The notes below the pieces were generated by a model that was not told the DNA's origin, ran no database searches, and worked only from the letters and a program-made list of their open reading frames with translations. The position numbers and the translations under genes were made by a program. This document shows positions 13,721-26,847 of a DNA stretch of 64,000 nt, piece by piece. The stretch spans positions 82,026,001-82,090,000 of the forward strand of contig NW_027362771.1 of the NCBI RefSeq assembly GCF_046119375.1, given 5' to 3'. Within the stretch, counting starts at the first letter, position 1; each line of letters opens with the position of its first letter. The stretch is from Phyllobates terribilis. Its lineage: Eukaryota.

Positions 13721-14419
13721 CTCAAAATTGTTTTTCAATAAACAACCATCAGCCATCCCATCTGCTGATTCTTCCTCCTCCACTGCTACCGTGCCAATTT
13801 TTGTCATGCAGATCTCCGACCGCAGAACCTCCGGTTGCACACCTGTTCCAGTCAGGCTGAGTGAGAGCCTGTCAGCTGTAACGGAAGCGGACATGCCTGC
13901 TGTGTTTCTTACACTGAGCATACCACATGTTTCTCAATCTATCGTAACATCTCCGCCTGCATCTCACTCATGGTCCAGCAGTTTGTCCGTTTCACCATAC
14001 TCCGCCCTCTCTCAGCACTGCAGCCAGCCCTCGGTCCTCCAGTTGTGGTCACATAAAAGATTGTTTCCTCCTGCACTCCACTATCTCCAATCTGTTGGCC
14101 ATGGAAATGGTGGTCTTAGGCTTTTTAAATGTGAACACTCCTGGTTGCGTCTCCATCTGCTGGGTTGGCTGTAGTGGAAGAGTTATCAGTCACCATTATG
14201 CTAGTTCTACGCTAGTGAAATTAATTCTTTGGTGCAGATACTGTTGTTGCAGGGGTACACATGATATAATCTAAATTGGTTTTCTTAGTACCGTGGTATA
14301 TAAAGCAGGCTATATTTCATCTTTTAATTCTTTAGTGCTGATATTGTTCTCCATACAGGGGTACACATTAGTAATGAGAGAGCACTAAATGTGTTCAACT
14401 CAGCGGTTTCTCAAAACCT

Positions 14420-14790
14420 ACCCAGATCTGCCAGAGCTGCTTGTAAAAGTACAACGCGTGTGTGCCCACTTCAGAAAGTCAGCAACGGCTTCAGCAGCGT
14501 TTGCAGCTTCCAGCTGTTGTGCGATGTAACCACATGTTGGAAATCAACGTTGCAGATGTTGGGAAGGATTTGTGAGCAGCAGAGGGCAGTTGTTGAGTAC
14601 CAGCTTCAACATGCCCGTTGGAATCCTGGTCAGCCTCCGCACATAAGAGCATGGATGTCAGATGTCTGTGCCATCCTCCAAAAGTTTAAGGACTCCACCA
14701 AGATTGTGAGCGGTAATAACACCATAATTTTCATCACCATCCCACTTCTCTGTCTACTGAAACGCTCGCTGCTCATACTGTAGTTAAAGA
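14420..14790 (+). pseudogene. hAT transposase fragment
   Basis: LLCDVTTCWKSTLQMLGRICEQQRAVVEYQL matches LVCDVPTRWNFTLHMLQRICEQKRAVVEYQL of the 59232-62576 transposase. Confidence 0.85.
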
Positions 14791-15591
14791 GGAGACATTG
14801 CAGGCGGAGCAAGGAACTATACAGCCCAGCCTCATTTCAATGCGGATTGGGTGATAATGAGGAGAAGAATGAGAAGGATAACATGGACAGTCGTTCTCTT
14901 GGTTAGGACAGGGAAGTCTTGGCTCTCTTGGAAATCTTGACACCCCTCTTTCAGTCTGTGGGAAGCTGTATGAGTTTCACTTAATGACTATCTTTAGTGG
15001 CCTAAACCGTGGCTTTGGTTATGCAAGTTATTTCTCAAAACGCATTGCACATCAGGCCATTGCCAACTCTTTAGTCATGAAATTCAAGGCGGAAAGAAAG
15101 ATCTTTGTGTGTCGAAGCACCACCGAGAAGTGTGAGCTGATGTTGGACGGGCTGCCATTGCTTATGGAACAAGCTGCACTAGAGGACTTCCTGGGAGAAA
15201 TGACAGGCGGAGGAGATATGGTTTCCCTCTATACCAGTCCTTTCACTGAGCTAAAGAATATGGCTAAGGTGAAATACAACTGTCACCGAGAAGCAGTGTA
15301 AGACTGAAGAACATTGGGCCCACAAGAGGATTTGATTCTGAGGGACCACCTTTCTCCCCCGCTCAAGAGCCCCATAGCAACAGCAAGGTTTGCACTATGA
15401 ACTCTCCTGAAGGAGAAGCCAGGGCCCATCGGACGAGTTTCCGGTTTTCTGGTGGGCCCGTCCAACCCTGCCGAGAAGCAGCCCGGGCTAAGAAAAGTCT
15501 GTGTGACGGTTCCCGGACACTCTATGGCTGCTTTTTTTACTGTGGACTGGCTCCAGCAATTTATAAGATTGCAATCTGTAAGATCCCTTTC

Positions 15592-15980
15592 ACTGGCTCC
15601 CAAGTGCCCAGGGTATCCAGTTGAAACTACTAACACTGACCTATGAAGCCATCCATAACCTTTCTTCTCCATACATCTCTGAACTAATCTCCCAATATAT
15701 TCCCTTACGTAGTCTCCGGTCCTCCCAAGACCTCCTTCTCTCCTCCACACTTGTTTCCCACCCAATCGCCTCCAAGACTTCTGCCAAATATCCCCCATCC
15801 TCTGCCTTAACACCTCCGATTAGCCACCACATTCGGATCCTCCAGACAGAACCTGAAAACCCATCTCTTTAAGACAGCCTACGGCCTGCCATTGCTTTCA
15901 CTGCCCCCGCAACACCACCATAGCTAATGCAACTCCACAACCTACTGTCTCCTTCCCCACCATCCTGTAGAATATAAGGT
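15592..15980 (+). mobile_element. L2/CR1-clade LINE 3' fragment
   Basis: WLP..IQLKLLTLTYEAIHNLSSPYISELISQYIPLRSLRSS resembles the L2 ORF2 C-terminus; paralogous to 19130-19330. Confidence 0.8.
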
Positions 15981-16339
15981 CGCAAGTGCAGGGTCTAAAA
16001 GACTTAAGATGCAATATGGCACCTTGGCAAAAGCCCAGTTATGTCCTCCCTCTGATATCTAACAATAACAAACAGGTCATACTGGAGAAACTTGCACCTA
16101 CTGCCACTCAGTGTCTTCAGCTCCTTTTTGAGAAACTAATGTTTGGGCAACCAGTCTACCAAATAAAATTCCTGAGGTACGGAATTTGTAGATGGCTTCG
16201 CTTCTGATACTGGGTGCAAATACCAAACCGTTGGGTGCCATTCACTGGATATTCCTGGCTGATTGGAGACAAGCTCGTTCCCACAGAAAAGTACCAGCAA
16301 GCTAAGGAGATCGTGGCCTCTATCATCTTGAAGGAGTTT

Positions 16340-16830
16340 TCTCGTTGTCTAGTAGTCTGGTTTTTATACTAAAGATACTGCCCATTTTTATAGCTTTAAG
16401 TGAGCACACAAAGACCATGGATTCTGCAGCAGCACATCCAGGCTAGGATAGTGGCGGAGAAATTGCTGTACCATCAGGTTGAGGATGCGAGCCATGCAAG
16501 GCACGTGTGTGAGGTTTCCTCGACATAGGGCAACCACCAGGTTTGTACTTTTATCGCATAAGGCCTTCCCATGCTTCAGGTTTAGTGGAGACAGCCATTG
16601 CTCACACTTGGCCTGGAGAGCTGTCCACAACTCTTCAGCTGTATGACTGCCATCTCCAATGCATATTAATTTTAAGACTGCCTGATTGCGGTGAGCCCTG
16701 GCTGAGCAGTACGAAGGTGGGGGGGATTCTCTCTGCACTGTTGGAACGTGTGTCTCATTAAGGCAGAGGTTGATGGCGCAGGTGGAGGCCCTAGAGGAGG
16801 TGGAGGAGTCAAGCACTGGAGGAAGTCTTA
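16340..16830 (-). pseudogene. hAT transposase fragment, opposite orientation to 14420-14790
   Basis: QAVLKLICIGDGSHTAEELW...LCDKSTNLVVALCRGNLTHVPCMARILNL (degenerate CDNG and CxxH region). Confidence 0.85.
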
Positions 16831-16887
16831 GGTACAGAAGTTTGGCCTTGGGGATTCCAACACTTGATGTCTAGTGACACCTTGGTG

Positions 16888-17270
16888 TCTAGTGGTTTCG
16901 TTCTTCATCCCCTGGTGTGTAGTTGTTTAGTTCTCCAACCCTAGCTGTTTAGTGGGTTAGTTTTTCAATCCCTGTTGTCTTATTTTAATTCTCCAACCCC
17001 TGTTTTCTATTAGTTTAGTTCTCCATGCTCTAGTGTGTATTTGTTTCATTCTCCAACCTTAGCTGTTTAGTAGTTTAGTTCTCCAACCCCTGTTGTCTAT
17101 TAGTTTGGTTCTCCATCTTCTGGTGTCTAGTGGTTTAGTTCTCCATCCCCTGGTGTGTAGTAGTTTAGTTCTCCAACCTTAGCTGTTTAGTAGTTTAGTT
17201 CTCAAACCCCTGTTGTATATTAGTTTAGCTCTCCATGTTCTGGTGTGTATTTATTTCGTTCTCCAACCCA
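16888..17270. repeat. 30-bp minisatellite, about 13 copies
   Basis: TAGTTTAGTTCTCCAACCCCTGTTGTCTAT-like units at 30-bp spacing. Confidence 0.85.
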
Positions 17271-17649
17271 TCCATGCCCACCCCCAGGGGTTAACGTAGG
17301 GTGACGAGGGTTTGGATTCTTCTTGGACCCTACTTCGTCTCGGCCCAGATCAACTGAAAAAAATGTTGGGCATTGCTTCACATGCTTTCCCCTTGTTGAG
17401 TCTGTGAAGCTTTGGATCAGACTTCTGATGCCCCGAAATAGAATGTGTGAACAGCTCTGCAGATTCGCCCATCTGTGCTTCCTCACAGTCAGTTGGGCTG
17501 TTGGAGAGTTGTGACGCAGGTGAAAACAAGGGTAATTGGGGTGGCACCTCTGAGGACTGTACTGTGTGTGATGTTAAGGTGGAGGAAGAGGAGTAGGGTG
17601 CATTGATGCAGTGCTTGTCATCTACTGGAGCACATGTTTTTCCTGGCCC

Positions 17650-19630
17650 TCATCTACAAGGCATACCGCTGTGCGACTGCCAAAGAATGGGAGTGGAGTC
17701 CAGTAACAGAAGGTTTCAAAATGCTGCACAATTGCTCACGGCAGCAAAACAAACCTACTTCTCATCTCTCATATCATATGTGTCTCACAACCCTAAACAG
17801 CTATTCAGTACTTTCAAGTCTCTCCTTTGTCCACCAGCTCCCCATCCCTCTCCTCTCATCTCCGCTGAAGACTTAGCCTTATTCTTCAAGCAGACGATTG
17901 ACAATGTAGGGCAAAGCTTTTGCTTAAAGTCCCAACATACCCTTCTCATAACTACTCAACTCTCCTCCTCCAAAACCAGATTCTCCACCATCACGGAAGA
18001 TCATCTTTACTCTCCAAATCTCACCACCTGTGAACTTGACCCATTACCATCCCACCTCATTCGAAACCGTACCGCAGTCTTCATCCCAAGCCTAACCCTT
18101 CTCTGCTACCTGTCACTAACAACTGGTGTCTTCCCCTCATGATTCAAACATACCTCAATCACACCCATCCTCAAAAAGCCCTGCCTTGACCCATCCTATG
18201 TCTAGCTATCGCCCCATCTCACTTCTCCCCTATGCCTCCAAACTACTAGATCAACACGTCCATTTTGAACTGTCCTCCCACCTCTCTTCCTGCTCTCTCT
18301 TTGACCGCTTACAATCTGGCTTCCAACTGCACCATTCCACTGAAACTGCCATGACTAAAGTCACCAACGACCTACTAACTGCTAAATCCAAGCAAGACTA
18401 CTCTGTCCTCCTCCTCCTAGACCTGTCATCTGCCTTCGACACAGTAGACCATTCCCTTTTACTACAGACTCTCATCTCTCGGCATCACAGACTTGGCCCT
18501 ATCTTGGATCTTTTCATACCTAATCAACAGGACATTCAGTGTTTCCCACTCACACACCATCTCCTCTTCTCACCGCCTATATGTCAGTGTCCCCCAAGGT
18601 TCAGTTCTAGGACCCCTGCTCTACTCCATCTACACCTTCATCCTGGCACAGCTCATAGTCTCACGGCTTTCAGTATCACCTCTATGCTGATGACACACAG
18701 AACTACCTCTCTGGTCCTGATATCACCTCCTTACTAACCAAAATCCCACAATGTGTGTACTTTATTTCATCTTTTTTCTCTGTTAGATTTGTAAAACTTA
18801 ACATGGATAAAACCAAATGCATCATCTTTCCACCATCTCATTCATCCCCCTCAACTGACCTATCCATCAAAGTGAATTGCTGCCCACTCTCCCCAGTACC
18901 GCAAGCTTGACTTTAATCTGTCCTTCAAACGTCACATCCAAGCACTTTCTACTTACTGCTGACTCCAACTCCAAAATATCTCGGGGATCCGCACATTTCT
19001 CAACTGTGAATCTAGAAAAACACCAGTGCATGTCTCTCGCACCCCTACAATCTATCCTAAACTGTGCTGGCCGATTAATCCACCTGTCACCCAGCTATTC
19101 CCAGGCTTCTCCCCTCTGTCCATCCCTGCACTGGCTCCCTATTGCCCAGAGACTCCAGTTGAAAAGCCTAACTTTGGCATACCAAGCCATCGAAAACCTG
19201 TCTCCTCCATACATGTGTGAACTAGTCTCCCTGTACTAGTTACTTGCACGCAACCTCCCATCCTTCCAAGATCTCCTTCTTTACTTCCCTCTTATCTCTT
19301 CTTGCCACAATCATATACAAGATTTGTCCCGTGCATCTCCCCTACTGCATATCTCTGTACCCCAACACATCAGACTCTAACCTACCTTCGAAACCTTGAA
19401 AAGGAAGCTGAAGACCCACTTCTTCTGACAAGTGTACAATTTGCGGTAACCCTCGCTCCAGCATACCGCTGCACAACTAGCTGTACACTGACCTACTGTA
19501 TCCTCACCCATCCTTTGTAGATTGTTCGTGCACCCTCGTGGGCAGGGTCCTCTCTCCTCTTGTAGCAGTCAGTGACCCCTTTTTACATGTAAAGTGCTGC
19601 GGAATAAATGTCGCTGTAATAATAATAATT
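17650..19630 (+). mobile_element. 5'-truncated L2-clade LINE with frameshifted reverse transcriptase
   Basis: [39 protein letters not shown] and YADD motifs spread over several frames; (TAA)n tail at ~19617-19630. Confidence 0.92.
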
Positions 19631-19870
19631 ATAGTACTTATACTCTGGGTCAATTGATGTCACTTTCCTGGTTTCTACCCCTAATTTGATGGTTTTGTCA
19701 GCTTTTGGGTCCATTTGAAAGTGTTGTGTATGCGTTTATTTTTGCCCCCCATTGAATCCAATGGCGTTCAGGAATGTTCGATGAATATTCGACTAATAAA
19801 ATTGGCGAATATTTGCAAATTCAGGGAACGTAACCGACTATTGAAATTTTCGCTCATCTCTAGTCAGAAT

Positions 19871-20904
19871 GATTACAGTGATGTCACATTTATATAATTT
19901 TTTTATGATTTGTCTCTTCTACAATAAAAACAATTTTATAGGAAAAATATTGTTTTTGAATCGCATTATTCTGAGAGCTATAACTTTTTTTTTTTTTTTT
20001 TACTGATGGAGCTATATTGTTTTTTTGATTACGTTTTCTTCCACTTTTTTCCAGCGGTATGATGAAAAACCTTAGTTCTTTGCCTCATTTTTAATTTTTT
20101 TACGGCGTTGTCTGTAGGGGTTAACTAGTCTGACAGTTTTATAGATCGGGTCATTCTGGATGCATCAATACCAAATATGTGTATTTTTTTTTGTTTATTT
20201 TTGTTTTTACATAAATATGTGTATTTATTGGTGTAATATTTTTTGTTCTTTATTTTGTGGGGGGAGTTGTTTTTTTTAATAATTTTTTCAATCTTCTTAA
20301 CATTTTTTTACTTAGTCCCTCTATGGAACTTTTATTACTTCGATCACTGGTCTCATGCATTGCAATACACCAGCACTTCTATGCATGAGACCTGTGATAT
20401 TACACCGGCAGATCGCCTGTTACACCCTGTCAATGGCTGTGTCTAACAGGTCACAGTACCTGGCACACCAAGAGGTCATTGTTCTACCTCTGGGTGCCAT
20501 GACAACCATCAGCTCCCCGTGATTTCATCTCATGGGTGCCGATGGGGCTGAGAGAGGGAGCTGTCGATCACGGCTTCTGGAGAGTTAATCAGCCCTGGCT
20601 GTTACGGCAGGAGCTCGGCTGTCAGTTGAGCTGAGCTACCGGCTGATATTTCAGCACTTCACGGCAATCGCATAATGTGATCAGTCAGGTTGACTGACCG
20701 ACTGCAGCAATCAGAGAGTGGGGACCACTGAAATGGGTCCCTACATCTCTAGCCATGCTGGTCAGCTGTCAGTGATCACTGTCGGCACGGCGCTGTCACT
20801 GTGTGTTTTCACACAGTGACAGCTTAAAGACAAGACATAAATAGCACGTCATGATGCGTCACCCGCTCATGACATGCTGTACACATCATTGGTCGTTAAG
20901 GGGG
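19871..20904. mobile_element. Terminal part of the TTAA/piggyBac-like non-autonomous element
   Basis: Ends ...GTCGTTAAGGGGG|TTAA, i.e. a TTAA|CCC terminus typical of piggyBac. Confidence 0.6.
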
Positions 20905-21948
20905 TTAATGAATGAAAAAGAAGATAACGAATGCCATACAATAAAAAATTCCAAACCCATTACATAAAATAAAAGGAACTAAACCAGAAATCGAACATTC
21001 ACCTTTTGTGAATAGAACCCAGTGACTAGAGAAAAGAGAAACCAGGACAACTCTTAGATTCAATGAACCCCCCCCCCCCCCAAGAAAAAAGTCCAACATC
21101 CCAAATTTTACACGCATTTTTAAGACCTGGTCCTCATACCCCATCCTGTGATGTCACCTTGGTCTGGATTTTATGACTCGTCTTGCAGATATTATCTCTC
21201 CATCTCTAGGTTCTGATGTGTACTTTCAAAGATATGCAATTCCCAGACCTAATGGGAAAAAATAAACAGTCCACACAGGCATCTTTTCCATTGGATCTTA
21301 TTCCTTTCAATAAGATTACATTTTCCATGACACTTGGGGCTGGTGTAAAATGCACTAGTGAAACAATAATTGTTGCAGCCGAGTGTTTCCAAGTGGACTG
21401 AATTTTTTTTATGACCGGATCAGCCTGGGAGCTGTGCAGCCTTCCTGATGAAGTGCAGAGGCTGCCAGTGGTCAATGAATCTTGGCATTGATACAGTTAC
21501 ATGGGTGTATGTTTGCCAGTATTATTGGACATATTTTGTGTCACTGAAGAAAGTAGTAAAATAGACTATTTTACATTTAAGTGCTGAACTCAAGTGAGAA
21601 TCACTATGCTCAATCGTCACTGTTGGTGCTATATTTACTTGCAATAATTGTGCAATATTTTCCTGTTGAGGACTGTGTAGTGCGACACACCACTGCTAAG
21701 TGACTTTTTCCTCTGCGTCATTTCTGTACAATTGCTGGTGATTGCCTGCTTGACATCAATATCAATTTTGGGAAATGTCCACATATTCTCTTCTCCTATA
21801 AAGAAAGTTTTGGACAGTTGCATAGATACTGTATACCAATGGAGGAATAGGGTAAGCCACTAACATAGCGTCAGTTCGAGATTAGAGGCATTCCCTTGGT
21901 ATATCTGTACAAACGAGGATCTAAAAGCTATTTACTTTAGTCGTTTAA

Positions 21949-22390
21949 AGGGAATCAGTCACTGGGTTTTTGCTATCCCATCTATGAGCAGCATGATTTT
22001 GGGGCACAGACCCCGATTCCTGTGATGTGTTACTTACTGGGCTGCTTGCTGTAGGTTTGAAAAATCAAAGTTTTTTCTGCTACAGATCTACCAGCACTCG
22101 GAATGCTGAGCGCTATATAACCCCGCCCACACTACTGATTGGCAGCTTTTTGTGTACACTGTGCATAGGCAGAAAAGCTGCCAATCAGTGGTAGAGGCGG
22201 GGTTAAACAGAGCTTATGAATATGGAGGACTTGATGGCATCAGTTTTACTAATCTCCTGTTAATAAAACAGTGATTTTATCAAAACTACAGCAAGCAGCC
22301 CAGTAAGTGACACATCGCTGGAATCAGTGTCTCTTTCTCTACATTATGCTACTCTTAGATTATGTGGCAAAAATCTAGCGACATATTCCT
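21949..22390. mobile_element. T2/Kolobok-type palindromic MITE
   Basis: TTAA|AGGGAATCAGTC...GACATATTCCT|TTTA with long internal inverted symmetry. Confidence 0.75.
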
Positions 22391-23641
22391 TTTACGTAAA
22401 AACAAGTAATGCGTTGAGGAGTCGGCTTTTGGGAAGTTAATAATTTCTTTATCATATGACTATTTTATCAATTCCCGTCTCAACCGGTTGCATTAAATTA
22501 CATTTCTGTAGATCAGACCATCTCTGCTATAGGAATTTATTAAAACCATATTGTCTTATAGATCACAGGGAGAATGCACTAATCAATGGCGTAACCACAA
22601 ATAACAATAGCTGTAAACTCTTCAATTGCCCGTGTTGTGCCTGATCCCAGAATATATTACTTTCAAAGTTTCAATTTACAGCAGCTATAAAACAGAAAAA
22701 ATGCATTACGTTATTGAAGAGCCACATGTAAGTGCTGGCAGGGTGTCATGATTACTTAGTCACAGACCCATTCTACTCCTCCTGACTCTGCCCGAGGCGC
22801 AATTGGGGAGTACCCTGCTAAGCAGGGTCTGCTCTGTATTATCTGTACTAACTGCTTAAGTGCTGGAACTCACATTGGCCCATTGTAGTGTGTGGAGCAG
22901 GATATCACCTCAATGAGGAGTTAAATTGATGCTAAAGATGGGATCCAGGTTAGACAACTCCTGGGACTAGGAGGAACCATCCTATTTTGGCACAGAACGT
23001 CTAATAACACTGTATTTGGATGTTTGTGCAATGAGGTGACTGGAATTAAGTTCTGAGGCTAAATAGGAGTTAGATCAGACATGCAGAAGACTTCAGTAAC
23101 AATGGTTTATGAATGTTTTTGTTCAAATTTGAAAATGATATGACATTCAAATCCAAGAATGTTCTCCCTGACTGCTTAGTAGGCATGGATGTAGCCCGTA
23201 CTGAAGGTGAAGCCCAAACTACATTTATGGAGAAGAATAGCAGCAGTTTGAATCATAGCTATGCTTACTGGCCTATTGGGAATGTATGTATAAATTGAGG
23301 TTTATTGCTGAAGTAGAGTTATCCAAGAAACATTGCCTTACCGGTCAACAAAAGGGAACAAGTCATGTTTAAAAAAATGCTGTTAACCTGCAGATGTGGG
23401 GTTATTCTGAAGGTTAATAGCGTTCTAAAGCTGCCCAGCGCTGGCAGTGAGAGCCCCACTGCCAGGAAGAAGTGAACTTCCTCTCGGCAGTCTCCTGATT
23501 CGTTCCTTTTTGGTGGCTCTTCATGGTGATAACCGGGTGAGAATGAACCCTTTTTTGCTATGTACTGTTATGCTAGGCTGTTGGGTGATTTTATATCACT
23601 TTATGACCCATACTAAAGGATCTTGTGTGTATTTTCATTAA

Positions 23642-24014
23642 AGGGGTATTCCCATCTCCAAGATCCAATCCCCATATCAAGTAGGTGTAATAATAATAAT
23701 ATTAGCAAATACCTCCAATTAGAAATGCAGTATAGTTTTTCAGATTCACTGTGTCTCTTTCCTCATGTGCAGGGCATTGCAGGACCTTAGGAATCCATAG
23801 TTACAACCACTAGCAACTAGCTAACTAACTGTCACTATATCAGTGGTTGTAACCATGGATACCTAAGGTCCTGGAATGCCCTGCACATGAGGAAAGAGAC
23901 ATGGCGAATCAGAAAAACTATACTACACTTCTAATTGGAGATATTTGCTAATATTATTATTATTATTACACCTACTACATACTGGGATAGGATCTTGGAG
24001 GTGGGAATACCCCT
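23642..24014. mobile_element. T2/Kolobok-type MITE, near-perfect palindrome
   Basis: TTAA|AGGGGTATTCCCATCTCCAAGATCC...GGATCTTGGAGGTGGGAATACCCCT|TTAA. Confidence 0.9.
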
Positions 24015-26276
24015 TTAATTGTGTTCCTGTGACTGAGCTCAGATCCTTTTAATGGTATTATTAAAAGTTAATTTTTAGTTTTAGTTTACATATTCTCTCT
24101 CTGCTACTTTGCGATTCCAAACAAGTCAGAATCCTGATGGTGAATATGTACTAAAAAGCGCACTGAAAATATAAATAATAAGCACTAGAAGTTGTGGATA
24201 ATGTATAAAGCGCAATTCAGAGTCCTGATGGTGTACACTGATAAAAAAAAAAAAGTGTGGTATACAGAAATAGCACCCAAGTATTCTAAATATAAGTTGT
24301 GCATAATGTATACAGCACAATTTCAAAACTGCCATAGTCCTGATGGTGAACACTGACAATCGTGGTATACAGACTTGACACTCAAGCACGTATAAATAAT
24401 AAGTACTATAAATTGTACATAATGTATATAGCGCGATGTCAAATCTGCCAGACACCTGATGGTGGACACTGAGAAAAAAGCACAGTATACAAAGTTGGCA
24501 CCTAAGCACTAAAAGTGATAAGCACTATACGTTGTGTATAGTTTGTACAGCGCAATTCCTTTCCAAGATGCCAGAGTCCTTATCCTGGATGCTGACACAG
24601 AGGTGCGGTATACAAAACCAGCACCTATATACGGTGCAACATTAGTACTGACACATTAGTGTCATAATAATAAGCACCAAATATTGTGTCCATTATACAT
24701 ACCGCGGCTCCAGATGAGTATGCCGGACTCCTGATGTTGGACACTAGCCGAAAAGGCACAATATACACAGCATAATCGAGCACTAGACATCAGGTTCCAA
24801 AACAGGGGCAATGGAAACTGTACCATTTGTAAAGTATAATAGAAAATTTGCAAGCCAGAGCGCTTTGTATCTATCATTATTTTGGATCAGTATTTCATCA
24901 GTATTTCTATGCCAAAGCCAGGAATGTCTCCAAAACACAGATCAGGTATTTTTCAATTATAGTTTTTCTCTGTAAGTTCCACCCCTGGTTTAGGCATACA
25001 AATACTGATGCAAAATACTGATCAAATACTGACGTGAGACCTTACTGGTAGGATCCTTGTGGGATAAAGTAATGTATATTCATATCTATACAGCACCTGT
25101 TGCTGGATCAGTGATTTGTTGTAGTAGGATGCAGAGCAATGGACATCATGAGTACAATTCATAACGTGTGACCAGTCAAGTCACCGATTAGGACCACCCA
25201 TTGGACTTCTAGGCATAGAAAGGGATTTAAATGAAATAGAAGATAGGCTTTTCCAGCAAAACTATTTATCATTTTTTTCAGCTCCACTTGCTCTTTACAA
25301 TGCTGACCACATAGAGGATGAACAAATTCTCAGATTCCATTTTACCCCTTTAAGCCTCATCATAAAATAAAATGTTATTTCATTTGGACAAATGTTCTAT
25401 AAAAATGATTTTGCTCATATTCACATGCAAATAAGGTGTTTTTCAAATGTCACTGATTTGCCGGCATAAACCATCAGTCCTGAATTCCAATACAATGACA
25501 GTTGTGCTCTCTGTATTAGAATAAACATATAGTTGCCAAGCAATCATCCAGCTTTCAATGAATTATTTGCCATTTCTTGGTCAGTTCGGATGTAAAACAC
25601 TTTTGGCAGCCAATGTGAAAAATGCTTGCATAAGATGCGTTCTGACTTCAGATCATTAACAGATCGTTTTCGGGAAATAAAATAGAGCCACGAACTTCCC
25701 AACGGAGCTAAGAAATTCCTCTGGGGACCAATCTACTGCAGCAAGCGAAGGCTGAAAAGATAAAAATCAAGCATATGTTATGGAGTCATTAGCTTGGCTA
25801 ATATATTCAACGTGGTTCATGTGTGATTGGACATTCAGTTTTTATAACCTGGAAAGAGTATACTCTGTGTTAACCCATTATTGATTTATGCTCAAAAGTA
25901 AAACCACATGTAATAATCATAAACAATTTAACAAAAGAATTTTGTTTTGGCCAGAATATATGTTTGTACAGTCCAGGACATGAGGAAGCGGCACATGACA
26001 TAAGTGATTGAACCATAGCAGTCTTCGACCCTCTAAAACAAGAAAAGGTCTGGGATGAGGAATATATGGATATTTAAATTTTATGGTCAATTGGAAAAAA
26101 TAGGTTCCTTCACAAATCAACTGCGAAATTGATGTAGGGAAAATTGCCAAGCGTCATTAGACTAATAGTTATATAAACTCCATGTAGATATCACTAAATT
26201 ATTCTCTCCGTTTTATCTAATTTATGTTAATTCACAGACTTTACTATGCAACTAAAATTGTAAAATATGAAAAGAC

Positions 26277-26665
26277 TAGTGATGGGCGGACCCATTATAC
26301 TGGAAAGAATGTTTTCTAACATTTTTTTCCAGGAAAATCTGTTTTATCTTCCGTTTGGTAAGTTTTATTGTCAGTCCGTAAAAGTGGCGTAATACTCTCA
26401 GAACATTGTTCCCAGCAGTGACCTGGGAGACAGAGATGCTTCTAGGCATCTTACCCATGCTCTTTCCGTTCCTTTTGAGCATTTTTTCCATCCATTTCAG
26501 CGATTTTACTGCCCCCCAGGACCTCCCAGGAGGGACTGCTGGAGAAATGCTTAAGTTTCCCATTGACTTCCACTGTACTCATTACTCAAATCAAGCTCCC
26601 GAGCAGACCGACATACTCAATTCAAGTAACGAGCACACAAGCATTTTTGTGCTCACTCATTACTA
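26277..26665. mobile_element. Old hAT MITE
   Basis: TAGTGATGGGCG start and degenerate CACTCATTACTA end; no TSD preserved. Confidence 0.5.
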
Positions 26666-26847
26666 CTAATAATGTGTGGAGGGTTATCCAAAAAATCCCT
26701 ATGTTGAGAAAATGGAAACGCCAAGTTAATTGTGTATAGCCATTGAAAGAAACTACTTTACAGTGGCATGTAAAAGTTTGGGCAGCCCTAGTCAAAATTA
26801 CTGTTATTGTGAACAGTTAAGCAAGTTGAAGATACAATCATCTCCAA

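Larger units (their letters stand above)
11936..19862. mobile_element. Decayed hAT (Ac-type) element, 7.9 kb
   Basis: TIRs TAGTGATGAGCGAA / TTCGCTCATCTCTA; perfect 8-bp TSD GTCAGAAT; transposase fragments inside. Confidence 0.93.

Noticed and set aside
21206-21823. Host exons suggested by short ORFs
   Set aside because: No recognisable protein and no convincing acceptor-donor pair
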